From contig CAJINV010000002.1 in assembly GCA_905178155.1 (NCBI GenBank), positions 4,097,838 to 4,161,837 on the forward strand: DNA of 64,000 nucleotides. Direction: 5' to 3'. The translations under genes were made by a program, and so were the position numbers. Source of the DNA: Amoebophrya sp. A120 (lineage: Eukaryota; Protista; Dinoflagellata). How positions within the stretch are numbered: the stretch's first letter is position 1; each line of letters opens with the position of its first letter. The notes beneath the pieces were generated by a model, which saw only the letters and a list, made by a program, of their open reading frames with translations, searched no databases and had not been told where the DNA came from. This document shows, piece by piece, positions 48,313 through 61,400 of the stretch.

Positions 48313-49473
48313 GTAGTGGCGGAATGAGGGTGAGGTACTACGGAACTACTTATGATGTTGTCCCGAAAAATATTAGAAACCAATGAATCTTAAAGTTAAA
48401 CAATGAAGAGGAAGCCGAATGTTTATTACATTACACACAATTTACGAATTATGTTACGAGCGTTGTTTCGCAAAAGTTCGCCGACAGATCTGATGACTGG
48501 TGACAGACTGTAGAATTATGTCCTAATCTAAAAGTCGAATGCAAGAAGACAAGGACAAACAAGTGCTCGACTAACTCCAACCCGGAATAGGTCCACTGTG
48601 GTTCTTTGTCAGCACGCAAGAAGAGCTTTGAAGCAATGCAGAGACAATGAATTTCTCCCATGTAAATTTGTTAAGATTGTGCTACATCTGTGACAACTGT
48701 CTGGTATATGATGATTTTCGAGGAACAATTGTTACTTGTGCCAGCGAGAACAAATATTCTCACGCTAGTACAACTTCGGCTACATGCCTATCATCTCCGT
48801 GCGTGATCGGTGATGGCAACCTGCAGGGTCTTGCTTGGCGAAGCGTTCTCTGCATGCGCGGTTCATCCACTTTAGATAGACGTGTGGTTTTGATGCGCGC
48901 CAATCGTTGTCTCGCAAGATGATAGAATCAAGAATCAAGAGTCATGAAGCCTCGATTAAGTACATGTCTTTATCTGCTTCATCGATTTCGTCGTGTACGA
49001 AACACAAACAACAAGATCAGCTCCTGCTTTCAACAGCAGGTTTTATTCGTACGACCATTTCTATGTTCCTTTCGCTCTCGTGGTTGAAAAATTCGTAAAG
49101 GTTCTTTCTGTTCCGATCCGCTTATTGTTTTGACTAGTTTCTCGTCGTGCTGCTAAGTACTGATCCTTGTGCTTCATCACCTCGTACGAAGCGGATCAAC
49201 GAGAACATCGAGGAAACCAGTGTCGGTAGCGGCCTTTTCGTCGTAGAAATAGTTGAACTTAGGTCTGGCTAAGGCTCGTACGCATGCAGATGCAGGAGCA
49301 GAAAAATTACAACAACGAATTTTATGCAGCCCCGATTTACATTTATTGACTTTGGTTTTTTCACATCGATAACCATTAACAACAGGGTGATTGCAGTTCT
49401 TCTATCGTGGACGAGCCGAGGATGAGTTTTTTTCAAGGTTCTTTTGGGTTTTTTTGATTTGTTTTTTTCAACT

Positions 49474-52400
49474 ATGACAAGGAGGAAAAAAATGCGGCTT
49501 CGAAGGTTTCTCTACCGTCAGCTGCAGGCTCTTGCCCTTTCGTTTTTTCCGCGGCAGCTCGTCTCGTCATTTCGATCTTCTGTGCAAAGCACGGCGGCGG
49601 GGGCGGTAATATTAAACTTGGTCGCCAATCATGACGACCGGACCACTACAAGAAGGACCACGGAGAGGCGGAAATTAATGGTGAAACTGTTGCAAGGACG
49701 TCGAGAAGGGCGGCCGATACTGCTGGTCGCCGTGCTCCTAATTCTGGTCGCCGCTGTTATACTCATTTTCCAAGTGGCGCAGGATCTGCTTTGGGGTTCT
49801 TCCGCTGTGGTTGTGGATAAGCAAACAATGCGTAAGATAGCAAAATCTGCAAAATCTGGAAAAAAAAATATATGGCATTTAAATTTTGACGGTTGTGAGA
49901 GAGAAGGAAAAAAAGAAGAAGTGCGGTAAGTGCCCACGGCATGCGAAGCCTTGTCCTTGTGGGCCTCCGGGTTGCGCTCGTGTTTCGCTCGTCCTTTCGG
50001 AAACAAAACTCGCACGCCCATCGATGTGAGAGAGCGAGCAAAACCGCAGAGGCAGTCGCGCGAACAAAACTCGGCGCCGCAGGCCGCCGCACAAATTCCT
50101 GCACGCAGCCCGCCAAAATTCCGTTGCCCGGCGCCCGCCTGAAATTGACGCTGCCCGCCCCCCGGGCAAAATTTGACGCCGGGCGCCGCCAATTTTTCCG
50201 CAGCAAGCCTCGGGTCCCCGTTCCGCTGCGGAAAATTCAAAATGCAGTTTTGTGAGCAAAATCGCGAAAACCGCCGGACCCACGAAAACCCATTGAAATC
50301 GCAATGAAAATCGGCGCGGAGCAATTTTGTTTTCGCTCGCGCCACCTATTTTTCAGGTTTTCGCGATTTTGTTGCAGTAGTTTAGATTTTTTTTTCGCGA
50401 CTTTGTTTTCCAATTTTGTTCCGAAATTTTGTTTCGGGTTTTGTTTTCTATTTTGTTTCGAAATTTTGAAGCGGACTCTTTTGTCCCGATTTCCATGAGC
50501 AAAATTTGTTCGCGGACTCTCATGAAAATTTTGCTGTGAGTCCTCTGCGGCAAATTTCTTTCAGAGCGGCTGCGTTTCCAAAGCCCTTTTTTACGCTAAA
50601 ATCCGGAGTAGTATTGAGATAGTGTTGCGGCTGTCCGGTTCGAGACGATGCTGTACAGGGTGGAGCACGAGCAGCATATGCCCAACGGAGTCCGATGATC
50701 GAGAATGAGAATGACTAGAGCCACGCCAGGACGCTTGCGTGATTTCTTTTTTCGTTTTCCCAATTTTCCCGATTTTGCTATCTTGGTTCTCCGGAACATA
50801 TGATTCTTCCGCTGTGGTTGTGGATAAGCAAACAATGCGTTAAAATCGCTTCAAATCCAATTCAAAACGATTTCAAAAATTCCGAAATTTCAACTTTGGG
50901 CGTCAGTGGGTCATGCCTTATTTCAGAAAAAGGCAGGCAGCCCGTCAGCAATTTTTGCCAAATCATAGCTCTGGGGTTTCGGACTTGCGTGTGTTTCAGA
51001 GCAGTTCTGGTGCTGCGCGGGATGCTTTCTTCGGCTTTCCTTCCTGCACTTGCTAGAAAAGCGTGGCTGCGGGGTTCTTTAGCAAGCCTGCGAGCAACTT
51101 GATCAACACAGCTCGGTGCCAGGTTGGCGGGCGGACGACTACCTACCGGCGCCAGGGTGGTAGGGTTGCTGGCGAATGAACCTACAGTCTTTCACGGGCC
51201 TCGAAGATATCACACGACTCCCCGTCCCCTGGGCTATTTATAGGCTTGATGCAAAACGGGGGGCCACTGCTCGCCTCTGGGGACCTGTGGGCACCCAGAG
51301 CAGGACTCCCTTTTGGGGCTCGGAAGATTTCGTCGTTCGGAATCCGGTCTTCCGGAATTCCGGGCAATTCAAAAAGGGAGCTCGAATTCAGTCCGATTTC
51401 GGTTCGCCATATCAGTATCCACGATTCGGACTGAGGTAGGACTATCGTTTTGAATTTGAAGAGCTGGGCTCCGGAGAGGAGCAAATTCAAACGGTGGGCT
51501 GGCCAAGTCGCTGAATTCAAACGGTGGGTTGATCATTTCAGGAAATTCAAACGGTGGGCTGGCCAAGCCAGGAATTTCAAACCGTGGGCTCCCCAGATGC
51601 CGGAAGCCGAACTGCTGGCGGACGCATAGGAGCGGAGAAACCAAAGAAGGGGCTCCACGGCTCCAGGGCCAATCGCAGTGGTTGCAGCGTTGGGGCCCCG
51701 AGTAGGTGAAATAGATAGAGACGCCAGCCGCACACACGCGCATGCGCGCGCACAGCTTTTGTCCTGTGGCACGTTGAAATGTCGCGAGCTCTATCATGAT
51801 GTGCCCCGGTCGACAACACCAATGAGGGGAAAAATCTCCGCGCATCAGAAGGCCAGGAGACGGGCGCACGAGGCGAGGAAATCATGCCACGAGATAGCGG
51901 CTCTCGTTGTGGCAGATTCCAAAACTTCCAAATTTTCGAATTCGTTTTGAATTGGTTTGGAAAGCAAATTAATGCTCGGGCGCTTCTTGATTAAGGGTTC
52001 TTCCGCTGTGGTTGTGGAGAAGCAAACAAGGCGTAACGAAACGACACCACCAACACCATTTCCGAGTAGTACCTTTTTTGTTCGCGCCCAAAACATCATG
52101 GGTGCCGGGGCAGGCGGTGGAGTGGGCACTGGCAGTAGACGCGGCAGTGGAAAAAGTGTCGAAGCTGCACGAAATAAACCTGGAGAAGCAGGGCAACCAG
52201 GTCCGCCATTAGGAGCAGCTACAATAAATGAACCGAAAGATGAAAAAGTACAACTATCAATGGCGCCGACGCCAGTGAGTATGGACGCACCATCGAGCCT
52301 GGTGTCGTCTACTTCCACCGCGGGACGGGGAGCGCGACAACCTGGCACTATGGGCGGAGGTGGAACTGCCGTATCAAGCCCGGCAGGTAGCACAACGAGA

Positions 52401-55400
52401 CTTCGGGCAGGCGTGGCACCACCATCGACATCGTCAACGGAGCTGCTGCAGAGAGACCACAGTAGAACAAGAGACCCGCCCGATAAGAATATCAAACCGG
52501 TGTTGAAAGAACCGCCAGACCACTCGGGAGTACAACAGGTAGATGAGCATGATGATTCTAGTGTAGGTGGTCCAGCTAGTACTGGAAGTGCTGGTCGCGC
52601 TGCCCCCGGTGGCGACAGAAGTTTAAGAAGTTCTGGCACTGCCACAACTCGAACTCCCGCAAGCGCCCCAGCCCCTACTCCTGACACAGGAGAAGCGGAT
52701 GCAAATGAAACTGAAAATGAATCCGCTGCTGCTTCCTCGTCGCTCTTTTCCAAGTCAGCGGCGGAGCTAATCAGTGACCTGCTGAGCATAAATTCTTCGA
52801 AGCCCCCGCCCCCGCAGGCGGGTGGTTCACCACCACCTCCAGGAAGGACGTCGTTGAAGGATGGTGAAGGTGCGGCTTTAGATCCCGACACAACCGTCGA
52901 AGGCGCGGGAGCTAGTACTGTATCTAGAGCAGAAGAAGAAGTGGAAGGGACAGGTGCGGCTGGTCGTGCGACAGCAGCGGTCGGGGGTTCCTGGGATGCG
53001 CCACATGGGTCCGGTCTCCTCCTGTCCGACATGATCTCCGGCAGTACTAGAGAAGTAATACCGCGAGCAGACGAGGCGAAAGAAACAGAAGCGACCGAAG
53101 GAGCGGGTCGTGTCAGCGTAATAAATGGCACGACCGTGAGGAGGTCGCTTGCGAGCAGAAGTACCGAAACGGAAGGAAGTGACATATTACCTCTCTCCAG
53201 AGTAGAAGAAGACCCCTACAACTTTATCAAAAGGAAAAATCTTCCCACCCCATATCAAATGGGAAATCTGTGATGCAGGATTTGTGTACACAAATGCGCG
53301 CTGTCTTGCAATACGGCATCGCAGCCAGCTCCGCAGGTTAGGGAGGGACGTTTTGGTCTAGTTGCTTAGCATTGCAAACGCCTGCCCTCTAGGCCCAACA
53401 GCATTCCAAACCGCTCCCATAATGCCAGGGAAGCGTCTGCGTTTGTCTTCTGGCAAGACAGACGTGATTTGTGGTCTCAAATCAGCAAGACAAATTTTCG
53501 GAAACATGCCTTTTCGATATGGGGAGGGGGGATTTTTCCTTCTGATAAACTTCCCCCCCCGAAGAGGACTCTCCACGGCGCCAGACTACTCGGACGCAGG
53601 TTGCTTCAAGATGCAGTATAAGACCACGGGTTGGTGCGGCGGCTGGGTATGTGACTCATCAAATCGGCTAGTACCTTCTCAACTGTTGTTACATGGTTTC
53701 ATCATGCAAAACTACCTTAAGCCGCCAAATGATCAAGCTGCTTCGCATGACAAATTTACAAAGGTGGGCTCAACAGCGTCTAAATCTTTGCCAAATCTTC
53801 TGTCACACGAAAGCAGCAAGCTTGCCTCTTCGGCTGTAGCTGATCTTGCATTACAAATTCATGTAACAGCTGAGAAGGTCGTTGTAACCGATTTGAGAAC
53901 GCCATACTGGGGTGGTAGCGCGTCTGATTTGATAAACGTCTGCAATCCCGGTTGGCCCGGGATATCCAGTGCAAATATAATGTCTGTGTCTGGAAGAAGT
54001 AGAGTGCAACTTGTCATGCTGCGTTTGAATTCTAGAAAAATCTGAGTTGCATGAGCAACAAAAAGAGTCAGCTTTTCGCTACGCGAACAGGGCATTCATC
54101 ATGCAGCATGGGCATCAACTTGCTTGAAGGTTTTCTTGGTCTTTGACTCACTCACCACTGCAAGAGTGGGTGCCCGTGCAAGAGCCTTTGAACAAAAGAG
54201 CATGATGGTCCCGTTTTTTCTTCTTCTCTTCGTCACGTTTTCACTTTTCCTTCATTTTCAAACCTTTCTAAAAACATCAATCTGTCATGCGGTTTTTCTT
54301 GAAAATTCTTTTTCTTGTAGTTTAGACTTTCGAGAGCTGTTACCTGACGGGTCGAAAAATATAGGAAATCTACACTCTTGCCTACCGTGATAGCTTGAAG
54401 CGCAAGGTCTACTACAAGAAGATGGGCCCTGTTTGCATTACAAACTCTAAAAAACATGCAATCTGTCATGCTGTTTGAAATTCTGCACGAGATTGCCGGC
54501 TCATCCTTTCTCTTGCGTTACAAATTCTAAAAACGTAAAAAAAAATAAATCTGTCATGCTGCTGGCATTCTGCACGAGATTGCCGAGGTGTCATTTCTCA
54601 TGCAATTTTCCAACAGAGTGGTAATTTTTATGAGTAAGATACTTTACTTTGAAAACGATCAAACTATCCATAAATGACATGTGTGGAAGGACTCAAGCAG
54701 CAAATTTCTTGCGCGATCGATTTCGTACGAAAGGCCGATATTTCATTTGTGCTTCGAGCCGAATAGTTTTGCTTGCATTTTCATCTACGATTTTCCAAAA
54801 AAGGGCTTTTGCAGTTCCGAGTGTTTTGCTGTAGGTCTTTGAGAAGATTTGCATTACAGATTTCGTATCTTGTTCGCTGAATCTTCACAAGCGCGACCGA
54901 ATAGCCGAGAATTACACTTTCTGAAACACAGCCGCCCCTGGGCATCAAGAACAAGACACCTCCATATGAAAATCTGTGATGCTAAAAATACAAAATAACG
55001 CGCATGACAAAGCTCCACTCTTCCAGACCCAGACATATTTGCAATGCATGCGGGGCGTGCAATAACAACAACGTGAGGCGGTACGCGCTTGCGGAAACGC
55101 TGGAAAACGCGTATAAGGTTTGCTTGCAAGTCAAGGATTGCACGGCCATTTCCTGGGAACAGCAAAGGCTCAGCCGCTATGTGCATCACAAGGACGGACT
55201 ATGCAAGAAAAACACTGTGTGAGTGTAAGTATTTGGTGCAGAAAATGATTGTCACATGCGAGACAACCACGAAGTACTACTCTCTTCATGTGCGTGCTTT
55301 TCACCGTCCTCGCTGCGCATTGCAGGCTTGCTCTGTCATGGAGAACAAATGTGTCATGCGTAAGTACATCGTCCCAAGTATTCTGAGTAAAAACGTCCCC

Positions 55401-58400
55401 ACCCCATAGTTGTCATGCAGATTTGCACTCACAGGAAGATTTGTAATGCGCATCCCCATGAGAGGCATTTCCCATCGTGTTTTGGAATTTGTAATGCTAT
55501 AAACAGGATGAGTAGATGGCTTTGTGATGCGGCTGCACTTGCTAAACTGCACTACAATACAGAGAGGAACTTGTCATGCGTGACTCCCAAAACTTCTCGA
55601 CTTGTGTTGCGAGATCCCCATCTTGACTATGGGGTGGGGACGTTTTTACATAGGATACCAAGAAAGCTACACTCACACAGTTTTTTTCCGCGATACGAAC
55701 GTCCCCTCATGGGCGGTACAGACTATGAACTGCAAAAGTATCGTACTAGTATAAATGCATGACAAATTTCCTCAGCATGAGAAATAAAATTTGTAATGCG
55801 GATTTAGGTTAGGAGGGAGATTTGTAATGCATGACTGCGATTACTACGAGTGCGATACTTTTGCACAGGATACAGGCCGACCATCCGCTATGTTCAGCAT
55901 TGTGGCGTGCAATCCCGCTGCCAGCAGCATATCAAATGCAAATATGTCTGGGTGGTCTGGAAGAGTGTGATGCTGCTTGTCGTGCCGCGTGACACAGAAG
56001 GTCAGGCATGCAGGTCCTAGCATCACAGGTTTTGGGCAGGTTGCGCCATGTGCCTACTTAATCCGCATGACAAATGCCGTCTTTGGGTGACAAGAAATGA
56101 GCAACTTTTGCGGTCCATGCATGACAGATTTTTGTCTGGTGTGAAACGCGCATCAGAAGTTTACATGTTTCCAGGAGACCCAGACACATTTGCAATTCAT
56201 ACAGCAAGTCTCTCGACAATGCTTGGCAAGTTTTTGAGAAGGTATAGATTTAGATTTTATTTCAGATGCAAATGCATGATTAGAAGACGAAGAGTGAGAC
56301 AGAAGAAATAAAATTTAAATTTCCTTCAGAAGGTGAAGGTCCTGCTGAAACAACTGCCATCAGCATCACAAAGTTCAATTGTCGGTGCTCCTCTCCTTTG
56401 TCCTCGCCTGGTTTTGCGATGTTGTTGCCCAGGGAGGTGGTCTCTGCTCGCTTGGAAAGTCGTGCCATGATCATATATAAACATGAAATTCAAATAATTA
56501 TTTGTGCCAAAGGTGAGCACTGCCGACGGCGAGGGGAGTTGTCTTTATGAGCCAGTTATGAACTATAAAAGTCATGTACTCGTACAAATGCATTACAAAT
56601 TTCCTCAGCATAAGTAAAATTTGTTGTAATGCTGATTTACCTTGAGAAAAATAATTGTAACGCATGATTGCAGTACGAGTGCGATACTTTTCCTTTTGCG
56701 CTGCATACCAGTAGCAAACTCTTGCCGTTCGACCATGCGGCAGAAGCCGGGCCTGATGGGTTACTGTGGGATGGTATCAAGAATAAAAACGTTGACGTCC
56801 CCACCCCAGAGTTGCGATGCAAATTGGTATGCTTAAATATGTTTGTCATGCGGAGCCCCATGAGAAGCAATTTTTAGCGGTGTTCTGGAATCTGTGAATC
56901 AGCATGAGATGCTAGATCTGTGATGCTGCTGCACTAAGTACAAGTAGCTAAACGCGATTACCCTGCGAGCCCAAAGAACTTGTCATGCGCAACAGCCGAA
57001 GCGTGTTGATTTGCCTAGCAGCTTTTCCATCTTAACTCTGGGGTGGGGACGTTTTTCCACAGAATAGATTGGCGTCTTTGATGATGGTGGTAGACAGATT
57101 GACCCGAACTACCTGTTTCCATACAGCGGAGGATCGGGCGGATGGGCGCCTGAGGTATCATATGTAAAAACGTCCCCACCTCAGAGTCAAGACGGAAATT
57201 CTGCAACACAAATCCAGACGTTTTGGGAATCACGCATGACAAGTTGCAGTGCGTTGTAGGGTGGTCGTGCAGGTCAGTAAGGACAGCCGCATGGAAAATC
57301 CATCTCATTATCCTGTTATACAGCATGATCACAAATTCCAAAACACGACTGAAAATGCTTGTCATGGGGACGATGCGCATCGCAAATGTTCCTGCCATCG
57401 CATATCTGCATGACAACTCTGGGGTCGTGGGGACGTTTTTCCACAGGATAGATGGGAACCATTGCTGCCGGAGCCACGACCACGAAGGAGCACTGCGCGG
57501 AAGTTTGCCTGGCGCATGACAGTATGGATTGCAAATGAATATCTCTGGGTCTGGAAGATTGCAACTTGTCATGCTAAATGCGAATCATGCAAAGATCTTT
57601 GTTGCATAAGTGCCAAAAGCTGCCCACTTTCGACCAAGCTGGGAGGGAATTTCTCACGCAGGATAGGCATGTTGACAGAAACATCACAGAGTCTGTCATG
57701 CTAGGTCCCGCATTCCAGAACTCATGGGCCATGGAAAATCTGCATGACAAGTTTGCACTTTTCCAGATGGCCCTGACTTATTTGCATTGCATGGACAGCT
57801 GCCTGGGCTATTCGTGGCACGATTCGGGCGAAGTGTGCTTTCTGACACGGATCCCCTGCGTGATTCACGTCAAGCACATGCACAGTCCAAGGTGGTTATG
57901 CAATGCAAAAGCGTAGTACAGTAGTTGTACTTCTAGTAGTAGTTGCATTTAATGCAACTAAGTATCTATAATACTAATTCAAAAATTCTGGCGGGCGCGG
58001 GGTTGCAAGCTACTAGTAGGAATCCTGCTAGCAGAATCGTACTAGCAGAAAAACGGCTACTGGTAGAAATCCTGCTAGTGATTTTAGCGCGACAAAAAAG
58101 CGCGAGAGGTACTAGTGACATTGAGCCACTAGTGACAAAAAGCCGGACTTTGGGGAAAGCGGAAACACTAGTGAGAAAACCCGCCAAATTGGGAAACTCG
58201 CTCGGAGGGACCGAGACGCGCGCTGCCCGGCCCCCAGGTGGCCTTCGGACCTGCCTGCCGTGGTCTGGGCCCTTGGCCTTGGCTTAGCTGCCTGGCGGTT
58301 CGGGATTGGCGGCCCTGGGCCGGAGTCGAGCTGCATTCTGGCGCCCCTTGCCCTTCGCCCCCTGTTGCGGGGGATTTGGCACCGGTTTGCGCCTTTCCCT

Positions 58401-61400
58401 GCCGCCTGTGGCTCTGCGGGCCGGGCTTCGTCGCGTGGCCACTGCCGGCCGCGAGGGCTCTTCGGCCTCGCCGGGTCTGCCTGCTTTTGCATGCCCCGTG
58501 TCCGTTGGGCAGCCGGGCGGGTTTCCGGTTTCTTTACGGCTCGCCCCTTCGGCATGTTTGGGCGCCCCCCCCTTTCGTTTCCGGGGCTTTTTGCCTCTTC
58601 CCCGGGCGCGGGCTCTGGCCTGCTTATTTTTTTTGGGGTTGCCCGGTTTCTCGCGAGAACCACCCGCAGCGCCCTCCCTGCCTTCCCGCTGCCCCCCTGC
58701 CTGCTGGCTCTGCTTTATCTTTGCTTGGCGCCGGCCGTTTTTCTAGTCTTACTTTCGGCCGTCGGCGCTCTCTCTTCGTTCTCTTTCCTGGGACTAGCCT
58801 CCCGGGGCTTCGAAAAGGGTCTTGGCACGCTCTCTGCCGGACCTGTTTGTGGCGGCTCGGACAGGGGCTGCGCTGTGCGCCCCCTACCGCCTCTCGCGCC
58901 TCGCGGCCTTCTCTCTACCTACACTTCTTTCGCTCCCGCCGACCGAGGGAGGAAGGCCAGGGGCGCTGCCGTTTTTTTTTTCGCCTGTTGCGCCAGCATA
59001 GTTTGAGGCTGTAGCGCTACCCTGTAGGCTGCTTCCCCCTCGCCCCCCCCTTGCACCCCCTCGTCGCCGGGCCGGCGGGCGCGGAGCGCACGCCCGTTCT
59101 AGATAAGTACTACTAGAAGTACATTTTCTTTTTCCATTTTTCATGCTGAGCAATTTTGTAATACAAAATTGCTCAGCATGAAATATGGAATTTGTATTGC
59201 TAGTGAACCTGTACAAACGGGCACCCCTGACGGTGCGGGCCCTCTTATACAAAAGCGTAGTACAGTAGTTGTACTTCTAGTAGTAGTTGCATTTTTACAA
59301 ACTTGCAGCTCAGGATGAAAAAGGGAATTTGTATATGCTAGTTTACCCATTAGGAAAAAGATTTGTCTTGCATCAGTCACAACTACGATAGTACTTTTGC
59401 AATGCAGAGCTGTATCCTTTCGACAAGGTACCGGCGATGAGTTGCTTGGAGGAAGGAAAAATCCGGTCGATAACAGTCAGTTATGCAAGAAAAAATCTGT
59501 GTAAGTCAAAGTCTGTGATGCAGCGCATGCAATACAGTTACGCCTGTCATGCTGGCTAGCCATAAAAAACTCCACTTCTTTTCAAATGTGTTTTCACGTA
59601 ATATTAGCGGTGCATGAGAGCAGGTTTTCTTGCCATGCAGAGCAAACTTGTCATGCTCTGAGCACTTCAAGACGCTTACACTTACACAGTTGTTTTGTTG
59701 CATATCAGTGACGAGGTGAACGCGAAACAGCTGCCCGCCGGCATGACCACTGCTTTCGTGGTGCCGAAAAAGTCAGCTGCAGGGGTTTCCGCGACTAGTA
59801 CAGCCAGAATCAATATCCCGTACCGAACCACTTCAATTCGCCCGTCAGACGTCGAACTGGTGCCGTATGGCGTTCTCAAACGTTACATTCATTCTCAACT
59901 TGTTACATTCATGATTTGTAATGCAAGAACGGCAACAACCAAAGGGACAAGCGTGCTGCTTTCGCATCACAGATTTGGCACAGATTCAGATGCTGTTTAG
60001 CCCTGCTTCGGAAATTTGTCATGCGAAGCACCTGCTTGATCATCTGACGGCTTAAGATATTTTTGCATGACAAATTCATGGAACAGTTAAGAATGCAACG
60101 TTTGAGAGCCCCATATGCCCCGCTCGCAGCTGTTCGCGTGGCAGTCGACCGTCTTGACCTATTTATGCATTGCAAATATGTCTGGGTCTGGAAGGAGAAG
60201 GTTGCAACTTGTGATGCTACCTCAGGACTCTAAAAAAAATGAAAATCTGTATTCCATGACCAGCAAGAGGAGTCCAGTGTGTGCTATGCGGGGAGGCCAT
60301 TTCTCATGCGGAGTAGGCATCAGGGAGCCGTCTAAAAATCTGTGATGCTACGTCATGCATTACAGGCGTTATGGGTCATGGAAAATCTGCATGACAAGTC
60401 TTGCAACCTTCCAGACCCAGACACTTTTGCATTTGATACTATTCCGGGACAAACGAGCCCTACGTGGCGACGAATGGGTTGAGCTATGTGCAGGGCACCC
60501 CCGGGCAGATTACCGGCGACTCAACGGACCCCCAGTGGGGACCGGTGGACTCCTTCGGCGTGCACACGGACCAAGACAGCAGTAACGCGGGGGCCTGGTG
60601 GATCGCGTCGTTTCGGGATAAGAAGCCCAGGTTTGTCCACAAGATGCGGTGGTTTACCAGGGATTGGTTCGATTTTAAAGCAGCCTTCGGCGCCAAGCTG
60701 TATTTTGACGGTAGTCTCAACGCCGATACCATGACCCTGCCCACAGACACAGACGGGTCCTTCACCAACTTGGGCGCGGGGTCTTCCTTCGAAAATTTCG
60801 GGTTTGACGTGATCCTAAACAAGGTCTTCTGGCAGATCAAAATCGAAGTCGTGCCCGCGACGAGGAGCGACGGCAGCAGCGACAAAAATATCAAAGACCA
60901 CATTATGGCTTGCTCAGAAGATGTATACAATCTCAAACGTTACAACAGATGAATCTGAAACTTCAACTTGTCTTGCATGAACAGCATGAGTACCATACAG
61001 AGGCTTGGGCTTTTCGCAGCACAAATTTCGCCAGATTTATTTTCATGGGGTTTGTAGTTCCGAAAGTTGTCATGCGAAATCGTGTAGCAGTAAGCTAGAT
61101 CCTGCACTTCTTGCGTCAGAGATTTCCAGACTCTATTGCAACGTTTGAGATTGTAACGTTTGAGCAGGTCATACACATGTTTACGGGCGCGCACTTCTAC
61201 CAACTCCGTCCCCATCTGGTGAACCTGCCCGCTTACACGGAGGTTCGCGAAAATTACTTCAAGGGAGTGAAACAGGTTTACGTACTGAGAGGAAAAATTC
61301 CCCCTCCCCATATTGGAAACGCGTCCGGCTGACTATTTGCGATGCAGATTTGCGACCACAAATCCTGTCTGTCTTGCAAGAAGGCAACTCCAGAGAGTTG

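Larger units (their letters stand above)
49794..52036. repeat. Repeat-cargo array 3: three ~37-42-bp direct repeats around two TIR-bearing inserts
   Basis: TTCTTCCGCTGTGGTTGTGGAKAAGCAAACAAKGCGT at 49797, 50804, 51998. Confidence 0.92.

Noticed and set aside
51845-53185. 446-aa minus-strand ORF
   Set aside because: Antisense shadow of the low-complexity + strand exon.
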